DNA from: a virus
IMG/VR virus record: IMGVR_UViG_3300010273_000002
Span: 1-42,047 of that record
Direction: 5' to 3' (one strand)
DNA: 42,047 nucleotides
Part shown: positions 16,375 to 24,917 of the stretch, piece by piece
Position numbering within the stretch: the stretch's first letter is position 1
Layout of the letters: each line of letters starts with the position of its first letter
Notes under the pieces: generated by a model
What the model saw: the letters and a program-made list of their open reading frames with translations, nothing else
Database searches by the model: none
Told to the model about the DNA's origin: nothing
Position numbers and translations under genes: made by a program

Positions 16375-16551
16375 ATGCCTGACCCCTGCCTCGCCGTCCC
16401 CTGCCCGCTCTGCCGCGCGTCTGCCGGCGAGCCGTGCCACGAGATCACGTGGGAGCGGGCGGAGCGTCGGCCCCACAATCGCCGGCGGTGGGCATACAGG
16501 CGGGAGAGGCCGCAGGTGGGCTTGTTCGAGGAGGTGAGCGATGGCGAGTGA
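16375..16551 (+). CDS. Small zinc-finger protein (58 aa)
   Basis: AGGAG lies upstream of ATG 16375. The protein contains CLAVPCPLC..C. Confidence 0.45.
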   Translation: MPDPCLAVPCPLCRASAGEPCHEITWERAERRPHNRRRWAYRRERPQVGLFEEVSDGE

Positions 16552-16897
16552 GAGCCTGTACTGCATGGAGTGCGTCGAGGGCCGGCCGGTCGCCCTGGGT
16601 CTCTGCGCCGACTGTCTGGCCGGAGAGCCGCTGGAGGAGATCATCAGGCAGATCGCCCGCCTCTCCCGCGAGCTGGAGGAGGCGAGGAAACTGATCCGTG
16701 AGCTGGTCGACGACGAGGACGCGGGTATCGTCTGGACCGGCACGCGCGTGGTCTGTGCGTATTGCTCGGCTACCGACCGGTACGATGTCGAGCACGATCG
16801 TGACTGCCCGATCGAGCGTGCCCGCCGCGTCCTCGCCGCCACGGACACCGGCGGCCAACCAAGCGCTGATCGGGATGGAAGGAGGAAGGTCGATTGA
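16541..16897 (+). CDS. Hypothetical Cys-rich protein (CMEC..CADC..CAYC..C)
   Basis: GGAGGTG lies upstream and the stop is coupled to the next gene. Confidence 0.5.
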   Translation: MASESLYCMECVEGRPVALGLCADCLAGEPLEEIIRQIARLSRELEEARKLIRELVDDEDAGIVWTGTRVVCAYCSATDRYDVEHDRDCPIERARRVLAATDTGGQPSADRDGRRKVD

Positions 16898-17382
16898 AGA
16901 TCCTGGCGCTTGACCTCTCACTCACCCGGACGGGCGTGGCCCGGTGTGACGGCGTGCGGGTGCTGGTGCCGCCCAAGGATCTCCGGGGCATGGAGCGGCT
17001 GCTCTACCTCGAGGAGGCGATCCTGAAGCGGGCCGCTAATGCCCAGCTCGTCGTCCTGGAGGGCTACTCGTTCGGGTCGCGGGGCCGGGCGGTGGTCGAC
17101 ATCGGCGAGCTCGGGGGCGTGATTCGGCTCGCCTTGTATCGGCGTGGCATCCGCTTCGTGGACGTGCCGCCGGCCACACTCAAGCGCTACGCGACCGGGA
17201 AGGGCAACGCCTCGAAGGAGGAGGTGCTCGCGGCGGCGATCCGGCGTTTGGGGTACGCAGGACACGATCACAACGAAAGCGATGCGATGTGGCTCTACGC
17301 GATGGCCCAGGACCGGTATCTCGGCGTCAGCCGCGTCCCGAGCGCGCACCGCGCGGCGCTCGACGCTGTCGCCTGGCCTTGA
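16894..17382 (+). CDS. ruvC: RuvC-like Holliday junction resolvase
   Basis: KILALDLSLTRTGVA, VVLEGYSF, KRYATGKGNASKEEV and HNESDAMWLY match the RuvC catalytic D/E/D/D layout. The start is TTG with GGAGGAAGG upstream. Confidence 0.75.
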   Translation: MKILALDLSLTRTGVARCDGVRVLVPPKDLRGMERLLYLEEAILKRAANAQLVVLEGYSFGSRGRAVVDIGELGGVIRLALYRRGIRFVDVPPATLKRYATGKGNASKEEVLAAAIRRLGYAGHDHNESDAMWLYAMAQDRYLGVSRVPSAHRAALDAVAWP

Positions 17383-17491
17383 CATTCGGTTTTCCGTATG
17401 CCACGGTTCACCTTAGCGCCCGGGCGGATGCGGCCACGCCATCGCCCGTGCGGTCACCGATCGGCGCGGCCAGGACGAGACTCGACGATGC
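17379..17491 (+). promoter_or_regulatory. Only sizeable gap before the packaging genes: candidate late promoter and/or pac region
   Basis: TTGACA lies at 17379-17384 but I found no convincing -10 at 16-18 nt. GC is locally lower. Confidence 0.25.
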
Positions 17492-17974
17492 ATGGACCGC
17501 AGGGACGCCCGCGGCCCCGGCCGCGGCCCAAGCCGTACTGAGCACGGCGGCGCCGACGGCGTGCCTCGCGGCGCCGACGGCGTCGAGCTCATCCCGCAGC
17601 CGCACGGCGGCTATCTCCGCCCCGGGGGCATGCCCGGGAATCGCGGCGGTGGCCGGCCGCCCTCTGCGGTGCGCAGGCTCGCGCGCCTCGAGTTCGAGAA
17701 GCGCATCCCCACGCTCGCCGAGCTCGCCGACTCCAAGACGGAGCGGACGCGCGACCGGATTCGCGCGATCGACGTGCTGGGGAAATACGGGCTAGGCCAG
17801 GCCCGGGGGCTCGATGAAGAGGAGTTTGAGGCGGTGGTCCTCGAGCTCGCCGGCGCGGTGCAGCGGCGGCTCGTGGGCGCGCTTCCGCCGGCGCAGGCTG
17901 ACGAGGTGATCGCGCAGCTCTTCGAGGACTGGAAGGAGATCCTGCGTGCTCGCCGCACGGGTGCTGCCGAGTGA
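17492..17974 (+). CDS. Terminase small subunit (putative)
   Basis: It sits immediately upstream of and overlapping TerL. The basic N-terminus carries GNRGGGRPPS and RDRIRAIDVLGKYGLG, as in many small terminases. Confidence 0.45.
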   Translation: MDRRDARGPGRGPSRTEHGGADGVPRGADGVELIPQPHGGYLRPGGMPGNRGGGRPPSAVRRLARLEFEKRIPTLAELADSKTERTRDRIRAIDVLGKYGLGQARGLDEEEFEAVVLELAGAVQRRLVGALPPAQADEVIAQLFEDWKEILRARRTGAAE

Positions 17975-19631
17975 CGACGACCCGTTCGTCGCCGCGATCG
18001 AGCGTGTGGCGACCCGCTTCACGTCTGCGGGGCGCCCGCGGCCGCTCGTGCAGTACCAGCGCGACCCGGTGGGATTCTTCCGGGACGTGCTCGACGTCGC
18101 GGAACACACGATCCGGTGGTCACTAAATCCGGGCTACGACCGACATCGCTGGGACGGGACGCCCGATCCGCTGGTGGTGATCGCGGAATCGCTGTCCGAC
18201 TGGAAGACCGTCGGGGTGGAAAGCGGCACGGGCACGGGGAAGTCGTTCGAACTGGCGTGCATCATCCTCTGGTTCGTGGCGTGCTGGGACGGGGCTCGGG
18301 TCTTCACCTTCGCGCCGAAGGAGGATCAGCTGCGGCTGTACTCCTGGGCGGAGATCCGGAAGATGTGGCCCCGGTTCAAGGCGAGGTTCCCGCAGGCCGA
18401 ACTGACCGATCTCCGGATCCGGATGATTCCCGGGTCGGACGAATGGGGCGCGTGGGGCTGGCCGGTGCAGGTCCGATCGGGGGAAGACGTGGCCAGCCGC
18501 GCAGCCGGAATGCACGCCGAACACATGCTGCTCATCTACGAAGAAACGCAGGGGATCGAACCCGCGGTGCTGGACGCCGGGGAGCAGACGTGCACGGGGC
18601 CGCACAACTTGCAGCTCGCCGTCGGCAACCCGGACAACCAGCAGGACGCCCTGCACCTGTTCTGCGAGCGGCCGGACGTCGTCGCCGTGCGGATCTCCGC
18701 GCTCGATCACCCCAACGTCGTGTGTGACGACCCGGACATCGTCCCGGGCGCCGTCTCGCGCGAGTCGGTCGAACGCCGCCGGAAGCGGCACGGCGAGGGA
18801 TCGCGCCTCTACGAGTCGAGGGTGCGGGGGATTTCTCCGGAGCAGGCCGAAGACGCCCTCATCCGCGCCGAGTGGATTGATGCCGCGGTCGCCCGCTACA
18901 ACGACCCCGAACTGCGCCGGGGAAAGCCTGCGCGGGGCGTCGACGTCGCGAACTCCGAAAACGGCGACCGCGCCGCGATTGCCCGGGGCATCGGCGCGTG
19001 CCTCCTGGAAGTCGAGGCCTTCCCCTGCCCCGACGCCTCGAAGCTCGGGGTGCGCGTGGCGCTCGAGATGGCGCTCGAGGGGATCGAGCCGCGGCACGTG
19101 GGCGTCGACAGCGGCGGGGTCGGCTCGTCGACCGTGAACAAGCTGAAGGAGCTCGGGAAGTACGTCCGGGCGCTGAACGCCGGTTCCGCGGCTGTGCCGA
19201 CGATCGACGAGGACTTACTGCGCGAGGCGGGCAAGGGCGTGCGGCAGGAGGAGGTTTTCCTGAACCTGCGGGCGCAGATGTGGTGGCAGATGCGGATGGA
19301 TCTCCAGCACGGCCGTATCGCGCTGCCGGACGATCCCGAGCTGCGCCGCGACCTGCTGACCCCGCGCTGGGAGGTCAGGAACGGCAAGATCGTGATCGAA
19401 GCGAAGGAAGAGATCCGGAAACGACTCCGCGGCAGGAGCCCCGACAAGGCGGATGCCGCAGTGCACTGGAACTGGGTCCGCGACCGGCGCCCGTTTGTCA
19501 AGGACGAGGGGCCGAAGAGCGCGTGGGACCCGAGTGTCTTGCAGCACGAGGCCCGCGAAAACCGGCGGGTACGCGAGATGCCGGCCAGACGGCCGGCGAT
19601 TGATCCCTCGATCATGGAGACGGTCGACTGA
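17946..19631 (+). CDS. terL: Terminase large subunit
   Basis: Walker A is GVESGTGTGKSF and Walker B-like is MLLIYEETQG. A C-terminal nuclease-like half is present. Size and position fit. Confidence 0.8.
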   Translation: MLAARVLPSDDDPFVAAIERVATRFTSAGRPRPLVQYQRDPVGFFRDVLDVAEHTIRWSLNPGYDRHRWDGTPDPLVVIAESLSDWKTVGVESGTGTGKSFELACIILWFVACWDGARVFTFAPKEDQLRLYSWAEIRKMWPRFKARFPQAELTDLRIRMIPGSDEWGAWGWPVQVRSGEDVASRAAGMHAEHMLLIYEETQGIEPAVLDAGEQTCTGPHNLQLAVGNPDNQQDALHLFCERPDVVAVRISALDHPNVVCDDPDIVPGAVSRESVERRRKRHGEGSRLYESRVRGISPEQAEDALIRAEWIDAAVARYNDPELRRGKPARGVDVANSENGDRAAIARGIGACLLEVEAFPCPDASKLGVRVALEMALEGIEPRHVGVDSGGVGSSTVNKLKELGKYVRALNAGSAAVPTIDEDLLREAGKGVRQEEVFLNLRAQMWWQMRMDLQHGRIALPDDPELRRDLLTPRWEVRNGKIVIEAKEEIRKRLRGRSPDKADAAVHWNWVRDRRPFVKDEGPKSAWDPSVLQHEARENRRVREMPARRPAIDPSIMETVD

Positions 19632-19981
19632 TGAAGGGACCGAGGAACGTGTTGGCGAAGCAGCAGCGCGGCCGGCAGCGCCAGCCGCTCAGGGTCGGCG
19701 ACTGGTACACCGCGCCCCGCGCCGGAGAGGTCGCACGCCGTAGCGAGGTGTGGGGGCTGCTGCGCTGGTACCACGAGACGTGGGTGCAGCCGCATCGGGG
19801 AGTCCGCGGGATGATCCGGCGGATGTGGTGGCGCCTGACCCGCCAGCACCAGCGCCTGCTCTCACCGTGGGAGCAGCTCGATGCGCGCATGGCCGTCCTC
19901 GCCGAGCGCCGCGCTGCCGATCTCGATGAAGAGGCGCGCCAGCTCGAGGCCGCCCGGTCGAACGGGGCCGTCGCGCCGTGA
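19631..19981 (+). CDS. Hypothetical Trp/Arg-rich protein
   Basis: TGATG coupling to terL and very high G/C at third codon positions. Confidence 0.55.
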   Translation: MKGPRNVLAKQQRGRQRQPLRVGDWYTAPRAGEVARRSEVWGLLRWYHETWVQPHRGVRGMIRRMWWRLTRQHQRLLSPWEQLDARMAVLAERRAADLDEEARQLEAARSNGAVAP

Positions 19982-20403
19982 CGCTGACCCTGATTGCCAT
20001 CGGCTCGCTGCTCGTGCACGAGTGGGCGCATGGCCTGACGGCCGTCGCGCTGGGCGACAGGCTTCCGCGGCTCCTCGGTCGCCACTGGCCGGACCCGCTC
20101 GCGCACCTGCACCCGTTCGGCTCGATCCTGCTGCCGATCGCGCTGGCGGCGTTCGGCCTGCCGCCGATCGGCTGGGGCCGGCCGCTGCCGTTCTCGGCGG
20201 TGCGCCTCGGGCGCCGGCGGTCGCTCCTGGTTCTCGCCGCAGGCCCGGCGGCGAACCTCGTGCTCGCGGCCGTCGGCGCCGTCGTCGGCTGGCGCGAGGT
20301 CGTGCTCGTCAACCTCGCGCTCTGCGGTGTCAACCTGGTGCCGCTCGGCACGCTGGACGGGCGGCGGATTCTGCACACGATCCGGCAAGGACGGTACGCA
20401 TGA
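19978..20403 (+). CDS. Site-2 protease family (M50, COG1994-like) membrane metalloprotease, short form (141 aa)
   Basis: HExxH is present as LLVHEWAHG. The spacer GDRLPRLLGRHWPDPLAHLHPFGSILLP..GWGRPLP resembles the family. AAGPAANLVLA and NLVPLGTLDGRRIL give the NxxPxxxLDG motif. Confidence 0.65.
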   Translation: MTLTLIAIGSLLVHEWAHGLTAVALGDRLPRLLGRHWPDPLAHLHPFGSILLPIALAAFGLPPIGWGRPLPFSAVRLGRRRSLLVLAAGPAANLVLAAVGAVVGWREVVLVNLALCGVNLVPLGTLDGRRILHTIRQGRYA

Positions 20404-21034
20404 GCACCAGTAGCGCAACTCCCCGCGGCTACGTCTCCGACGCCGAACGCGAGCGCCGGTTCACGTACCGGCCGCCCAAGGGCGACCAGCCGGAGCGGTA
20501 CAACCGGATCACCGCCGAGTGTCTTCGGCTGGCGAAACTCATCCGCGAGTTGGTCGCCCGCCACGGCGGGATCCGCACCGTGCGCACGCACCCGGCCACG
20601 TTCTTCGACTGGCGGACCGGCGGACCGGCGGCCCGGCGCGGGGTTGGGCGAACACGATCGTCTGCGCGGACGGCTGGACGCGCGCGCTCACGCCGGCGGA
20701 GGAGAGGGTGATCACGGAGCTGCTCCTCGCCTCCCTCGGCTATGTCCTCGCCGCGCTCTGCCTGGGGCTCTGGTGGGGTGAGCGCGGCCGGCGGCTGGAC
20801 GCCCAGCGCCGCGAAGGCGTCATCCAGGTCGATCGGCCGAAGCGGGCGATCGTGCGGCGTTCGGACGAAGGCGGGGTGGTGCCGGCCGACGTACAGTCGG
20901 GGATCGACATCGCAGCAGCGCGCCAGCGGTACATCGAAGACGCCGTGCGCGAAGGCTACGATCCAGAGGACGCCGCCCGGGACTTCGATCAGATCATGGC
21001 CCGGATCTACTCGGACCAGGCGGTGACGATCTGA
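20400..21034 (+). pseudogene. Single-pass membrane protein gene interrupted by an 8-bp tandem duplication. As written it is two ORFs: 20400-20711 and a frame-shifted continuation to 21034, with a possible GTG restart at 20708.
   Basis: Third-position G/C is about 90% in the ATG-20400 frame up to about 20620. It then switches to the 20519 frame exactly at GGCGGACC GGCGGACC GGCGG (20611-20631). Deleting one 8-mer fuses the frames into about 208 aa, with TM segment ITELLLASLGYVLAALCLGLWWG. Confidence 0.5.
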
Positions 21035-21303
21035 TGGGCGACGTGCAGTTCACCGACCGGGAACGCGAGATCGTCGGGTGCGTCGTGCGCGGGATGTCCG
21101 ATAAGGAGATCGCGCGCCGGCTCGGGATCTCGCGCGAAACGGTCAGGACGCACATCGAGAAGGCCGCGGCCAAGATCCCGGGCAAGGCACTCCGGCCGCG
21201 GCCAAAGCTCTACGCCTGGTGGGCGGGCCAGATCGAGGGGCGCCGGTCGATCCCCGAAAATGGGGATGGCGATGCACCATTCGTCGTTGCGAATGTGGGT
21301 TAG
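21034..21303 (+). CDS. Stand-alone LuxR/GerE-type HTH regulator (89 aa)
   Basis: FTDREREIVGCVVRGMSDKEIARRLGISRETVRTHIEKAAAKI matches the GerE-type HTH pattern. Confidence 0.75.
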   Translation: MGDVQFTDREREIVGCVVRGMSDKEIARRLGISRETVRTHIEKAAAKIPGKALRPRPKLYAWWAGQIEGRRSIPENGDGDAPFVVANVG

Positions 21304-21333
21304 CCATGGCGAACCCTACCATCCGCAACGCGA

Positions 21334-23631
21334 ATGGCATCAGCTGCCACGACGCCGCGCCGGTTCACGCGGCCGAGTGAAATCCCGCCTCTCCGGCGCC
21401 ATCCGTTCGAGCCGAACGAATGGGACGAGGCCCGTTGCGCCTTCAACAAGGCGCTGTGGCACTCCCAAGACGAACTGCTGCGCCAGCGGGACAGGCAGGT
21501 TGAGGAAAATCTGCGCATGCTCCACGGCCAGCACTGGATCGCCTGGAGCGACCTGCGGCAGCGATTCGTTGATATCGCCTCCACGCTGTCTGACGACGAA
21601 AAGCGCTGGCGCCACTTCCCCGTCCTGAACCGCCTCTTCCTCTGGTTCGTCCTGCTGCACGCCAGGATGAACGAGAACCCGCCGGTGCTCTCCTGGCAGG
21701 CGGGCCCCGACCGAATCGACGCGCTCCTCGCCGAGACGGCCGACGTCCTCTTCAAGCACCTCTGGTACGACGTCGAGATGCTGGAGGTGCTCGACCGCTT
21801 GACGGCGTGGATGATCCCCTCGGGGCGAGCCTACCTCAAGTCGCGCATCGACCCCATGAAGGGGGATCCGATCCTCGCGCGGGGGCCGGCCGTGCTCCAG
21901 CTGGTCGGGCACGAGGGCGAGCCGATCGAGCGCTACGTCGACGACGTGCCGTGGGGGCCGGACGAGGCTGGCGAGTGGCGCCCGCGAGCCGCGCTCGTCC
22001 AGGACGGCGACGACTACGCCGTCCGGCCGACGGGCTTCCCGCACGTGATTTACGAGGGTGGGCTGGAAGTCGACGTGCTGACCTGCCTCGAGGTCCGGGG
22101 CGAGTGGGGTGAGCACATCCCGTGGCACAAGAAGGCATGGCACACGCATCGGGCGCTGCTCACGCCGATGCAGGCTTATGAGATGTTCGGGGTGGAGCTC
22201 GAACCCGACGTGCGGGGCGAAGAGGCAGAGAACCTGGGCATCCTCTGGCGCCTGCTCCACGGGTCCGGGCTGTTCGGTGCCGCCGATTCCCGCGCGAACA
22301 GCTACACGCCGGAGCCGGGCAAGGAGTTCGTCACGATCTACGAGACCTGGTTCCGGCCGTCGCGCTTCCCGGGCATGGAGCGCACGCCGGACAGCCCAGG
22401 CGGGCGCCTGCTGATCACGACCGGCGGCGGGGTCGTGCTCCGGGACGGCGTGCGCCCGCGGCCGTTCCGGTACACATCGCCGATTCGCTGCTTCGACATG
22501 GTGACCCTGCCGGGCCGGCCGCAGGGCACGAGCCCGCAGGAGTTCCTGAACGGCCCGATCCGCACGCGAAATCGCTTACATGCGCAGGCGATCAACGTCG
22601 CGGCGAAGATGGCGAACCCGCTCCGGATCGTGGACCGGAGCGCGGGGATCCAGGCGGGCGACATCCAGGGCATCCCTGGCGAGGAGATCCTGGCCGACCG
22701 GAGCCGGTCGCGGGGACCCGTCGTCGAATTCGTCGCACCGCCGGCTATTGGCAGCGACGTCTACCAGGTCAGCGACCGCCTCGCGACGGAAGTCGACCAG
22801 ATCGGGAATATCAGCGGCACGGAGGGCACGCCGCCGACGCGCGATCCCAGCGGCGAGCTCGTGAAGGAACTGCGGTTCAACGCCGATCGGCCCATCGCGG
22901 CGACGATGCGCCGCATGGTGATCGAGCTCGGGCGGATGGCCGAAGACTGGATCGCGTGGCTACCGCTGATCTACGACCAAGAGAAGGTCATCTCGATCGT
23001 AGGGGAAGACGGGATAGATCGGACGATCACCGTGTACCCGATGCTGTTCGAGCAAGGGAAGGTCAACGTCAAGCCCGAAATCGAATCGATGCTGCCGGAA
23101 TCCCGGGCGGAGCGGCAGCAACGGGCTTACGTGCTGTGGAAGGACGGCGCCTACGGCGATCCGACGTCGCCGGAGGCGATCAACAAGTTCTTGGAGGAAG
23201 CGCGCTTCCCGCACATGTCGAGGCTGGTCCGTCCGGGTGGGGTCGACCGTTCGACGGCCGCGCAGAACGTCGGGAAGCTGCTCCAGGGCGCCAGCGCGCT
23301 CGAGATCCCGATTTTCCCGTGGTACGACCTCCGGGTGCATATCGACGTGGTCGAGCGGTTCCTGAAGTCGCCGGAGTTCTTGCGCGCCGATCGGTCCGTG
23401 CAGGAGCAGTGCGCGCTGTACTGGAGCCTGCTTCGGGAAGCGCTGATCGAGCGGCAGCTGATGGACGAGGCGCAGGCGCTGGCCGCCCAAGCGCGGGCGG
23501 CCCGTCAGCAGGCCGCTACGCCAAGCGAAGCCATGGCCGCATCAGAGGCCGCGCCGCCGGAAGGATTCGAGGCGCCGCCTGAGGCAACGCCGGCCGCGAC
23601 AGCGATCCCGGCCGCATCCGTGACGCCGTGA
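21334..23631 (+). CDS. Portal protein (putative)
   Basis: 765 aa and the first large gene after the terminase region, followed by scaffold and capsid genes. The C-terminal tail is acidic and Ala-rich. Confidence 0.6.
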   Translation: MASAATTPRRFTRPSEIPPLRRHPFEPNEWDEARCAFNKALWHSQDELLRQRDRQVEENLRMLHGQHWIAWSDLRQRFVDIASTLSDDEKRWRHFPVLNRLFLWFVLLHARMNENPPVLSWQAGPDRIDALLAETADVLFKHLWYDVEMLEVLDRLTAWMIPSGRAYLKSRIDPMKGDPILARGPAVLQLVGHEGEPIERYVDDVPWGPDEAGEWRPRAALVQDGDDYAVRPTGFPHVIYEGGLEVDVLTCLEVRGEWGEHIPWHKKAWHTHRALLTPMQAYEMFGVELEPDVRGEEAENLGILWRLLHGSGLFGAADSRANSYTPEPGKEFVTIYETWFRPSRFPGMERTPDSPGGRLLITTGGGVVLRDGVRPRPFRYTSPIRCFDMVTLPGRPQGTSPQEFLNGPIRTRNRLHAQAINVAAKMANPLRIVDRSAGIQAGDIQGIPGEEILADRSRSRGPVVEFVAPPAIGSDVYQVSDRLATEVDQIGNISGTEGTPPTRDPSGELVKELRFNADRPIAATMRRMVIELGRMAEDWIAWLPLIYDQEKVISIVGEDGIDRTITVYPMLFEQGKVNVKPEIESMLPESRAERQQRAYVLWKDGAYGDPTSPEAINKFLEEARFPHMSRLVRPGGVDRSTAAQNVGKLLQGASALEIPIFPWYDLRVHIDVVERFLKSPEFLRADRSVQEQCALYWSLLREALIERQLMDEAQALAAQARAARQQAATPSEAMAASEAAPPEGFEAPPEATPAATAIPAASVTP

Positions 23632-23661
23632 CGAGCACGGCCCCACGTGAGGAGCGAGCAC

Positions 23662-24879
23662 ATGGACCAGACGACCGAAACGACGCAGGTGACGACTGAG
23701 GCCCTGGCGCAGCCGGCGGAAACGCAGGCGACGGCCAGCGCGGACGTTCCGGCGTCGGATCAGCCGCAGCTGCCGCCGTTCGAGCGGAAGCTGCAGGCGA
23801 TCTTGGATGGCGATCAGCCCGCCGCAGAGGCCGATCAGGCGACGGAGCCGGCGGCCGGGGGTGACGACGCCCCGGCGGGCGACGGGCGTGAGGAGGCGGG
23901 CCCGGCTGGCGAGGCGGACCAGCAGCCGGCCGCGCAGGCGAGCGACGCCATTCCGGTGATCCGACTCCCGGGGCGGCAGGAAACGGATCCGGACTTCGAG
24001 GTGCGCGTCACGCCCGAACTGCGCCAGGAGCTCGAGGCGCAGGGGATCGACCCGCAGAAGTTCCTGGAGCGGGCGAACCAGCTGCGCAACGAAGGGATGC
24101 GCCGGCGGCAGTTCGAAGAAGCGATAATGGAGATCGAGGCCGATCGCCAGGACCTCGCCTGGCTCGAACAGGAGATCCGGGAGCGGCCGGCGGAGTTCAT
24201 CACGGAACGGATCTCCCCGCAGCTGCTGCCGGAAGTCGCCCGGGCCGTGCTCGCGCGCCTCTCGGATGACCAGTTCCAGGACATCCTGACGACGGTTGTT
24301 GGCTGGGAAACCGACCCTGCGGCGCGCCGTCTGGTGGCGGCGGAGGCACGGGAGCGCAGCATCGCCCGCCGGGAGCAGCTGCAGTCTGAGAGTGCAATCG
24401 CGCGCCAGCGCCAGGCCTACATCCGCGACATGGCGAACCAGATCATGGCGCTGGTCCCCGATGATATACCGGACGATCAGGCGAACGAGTTCTTCGATTT
24501 CGCCGTCTACAAGCTGGACCAGTGGGCCAGGAGCCAGCCGCGGGGCACGCGCCTGGACCCGGCCCAGGTGCCGGAGCTCCTGGAACAGCTCGGCGCCCTG
24601 AAGCCATTCGGCCTGAGTGTCAACGACCAGGCCGCCCGGAAGCCGACGCGCGACACGACCTCCAATGCGCGGCCCGTGCGCCCCGCAGACGATCCGGAGC
24701 TCATCGCGCGTGCGAAGCAGTCCGGGGAAGACCTGAAGCGCCGCATGGAACGCAAGCGGTTGGCGGTCACGACGCCCGCGGGCGCCGGCGCCCCCGCTGC
24801 GAGTCTCGCGCCGCCGAAGGGTCAGTCATTCGAGGAGCGCATGAACTGGCTTGAGAAGCGACTCGGCCTCAAGCGGTGA
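23662..24879 (+). CDS. Scaffolding protein (putative)
   Basis: Acidic, Gln/Ala/Glu-rich and helical sequence between portal and capsid. GAGGAG lies 7 nt upstream of ATG 23662. Confidence 0.55.
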   Translation: MDQTTETTQVTTEALAQPAETQATASADVPASDQPQLPPFERKLQAILDGDQPAAEADQATEPAAGGDDAPAGDGREEAGPAGEADQQPAAQASDAIPVIRLPGRQETDPDFEVRVTPELRQELEAQGIDPQKFLERANQLRNEGMRRRQFEEAIMEIEADRQDLAWLEQEIRERPAEFITERISPQLLPEVARAVLARLSDDQFQDILTTVVGWETDPAARRLVAAEARERSIARREQLQSESAIARQRQAYIRDMANQIMALVPDDIPDDQANEFFDFAVYKLDQWARSQPRGTRLDPAQVPELLEQLGALKPFGLSVNDQAARKPTRDTTSNARPVRPADDPELIARAKQSGEDLKRRMERKRLAVTTPAGAGAPAASLAPPKGQSFEERMNWLEKRLGLKR

Positions 24880-24917
24880 AGCGCAAGAATGGCAACGGCC
24901 TACACGGAGAAGGACGC

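Noticed and set aside
20519-20711. Programmed -1 ribosomal frameshift joining the two frames of the membrane-protein gene
   Set aside because: The frame change is in the -1 direction, but there is no X XXY YYZ slippery heptamer near the switch point. The switch coincides exactly with an 8-bp tandem duplication, which explains it more simply.
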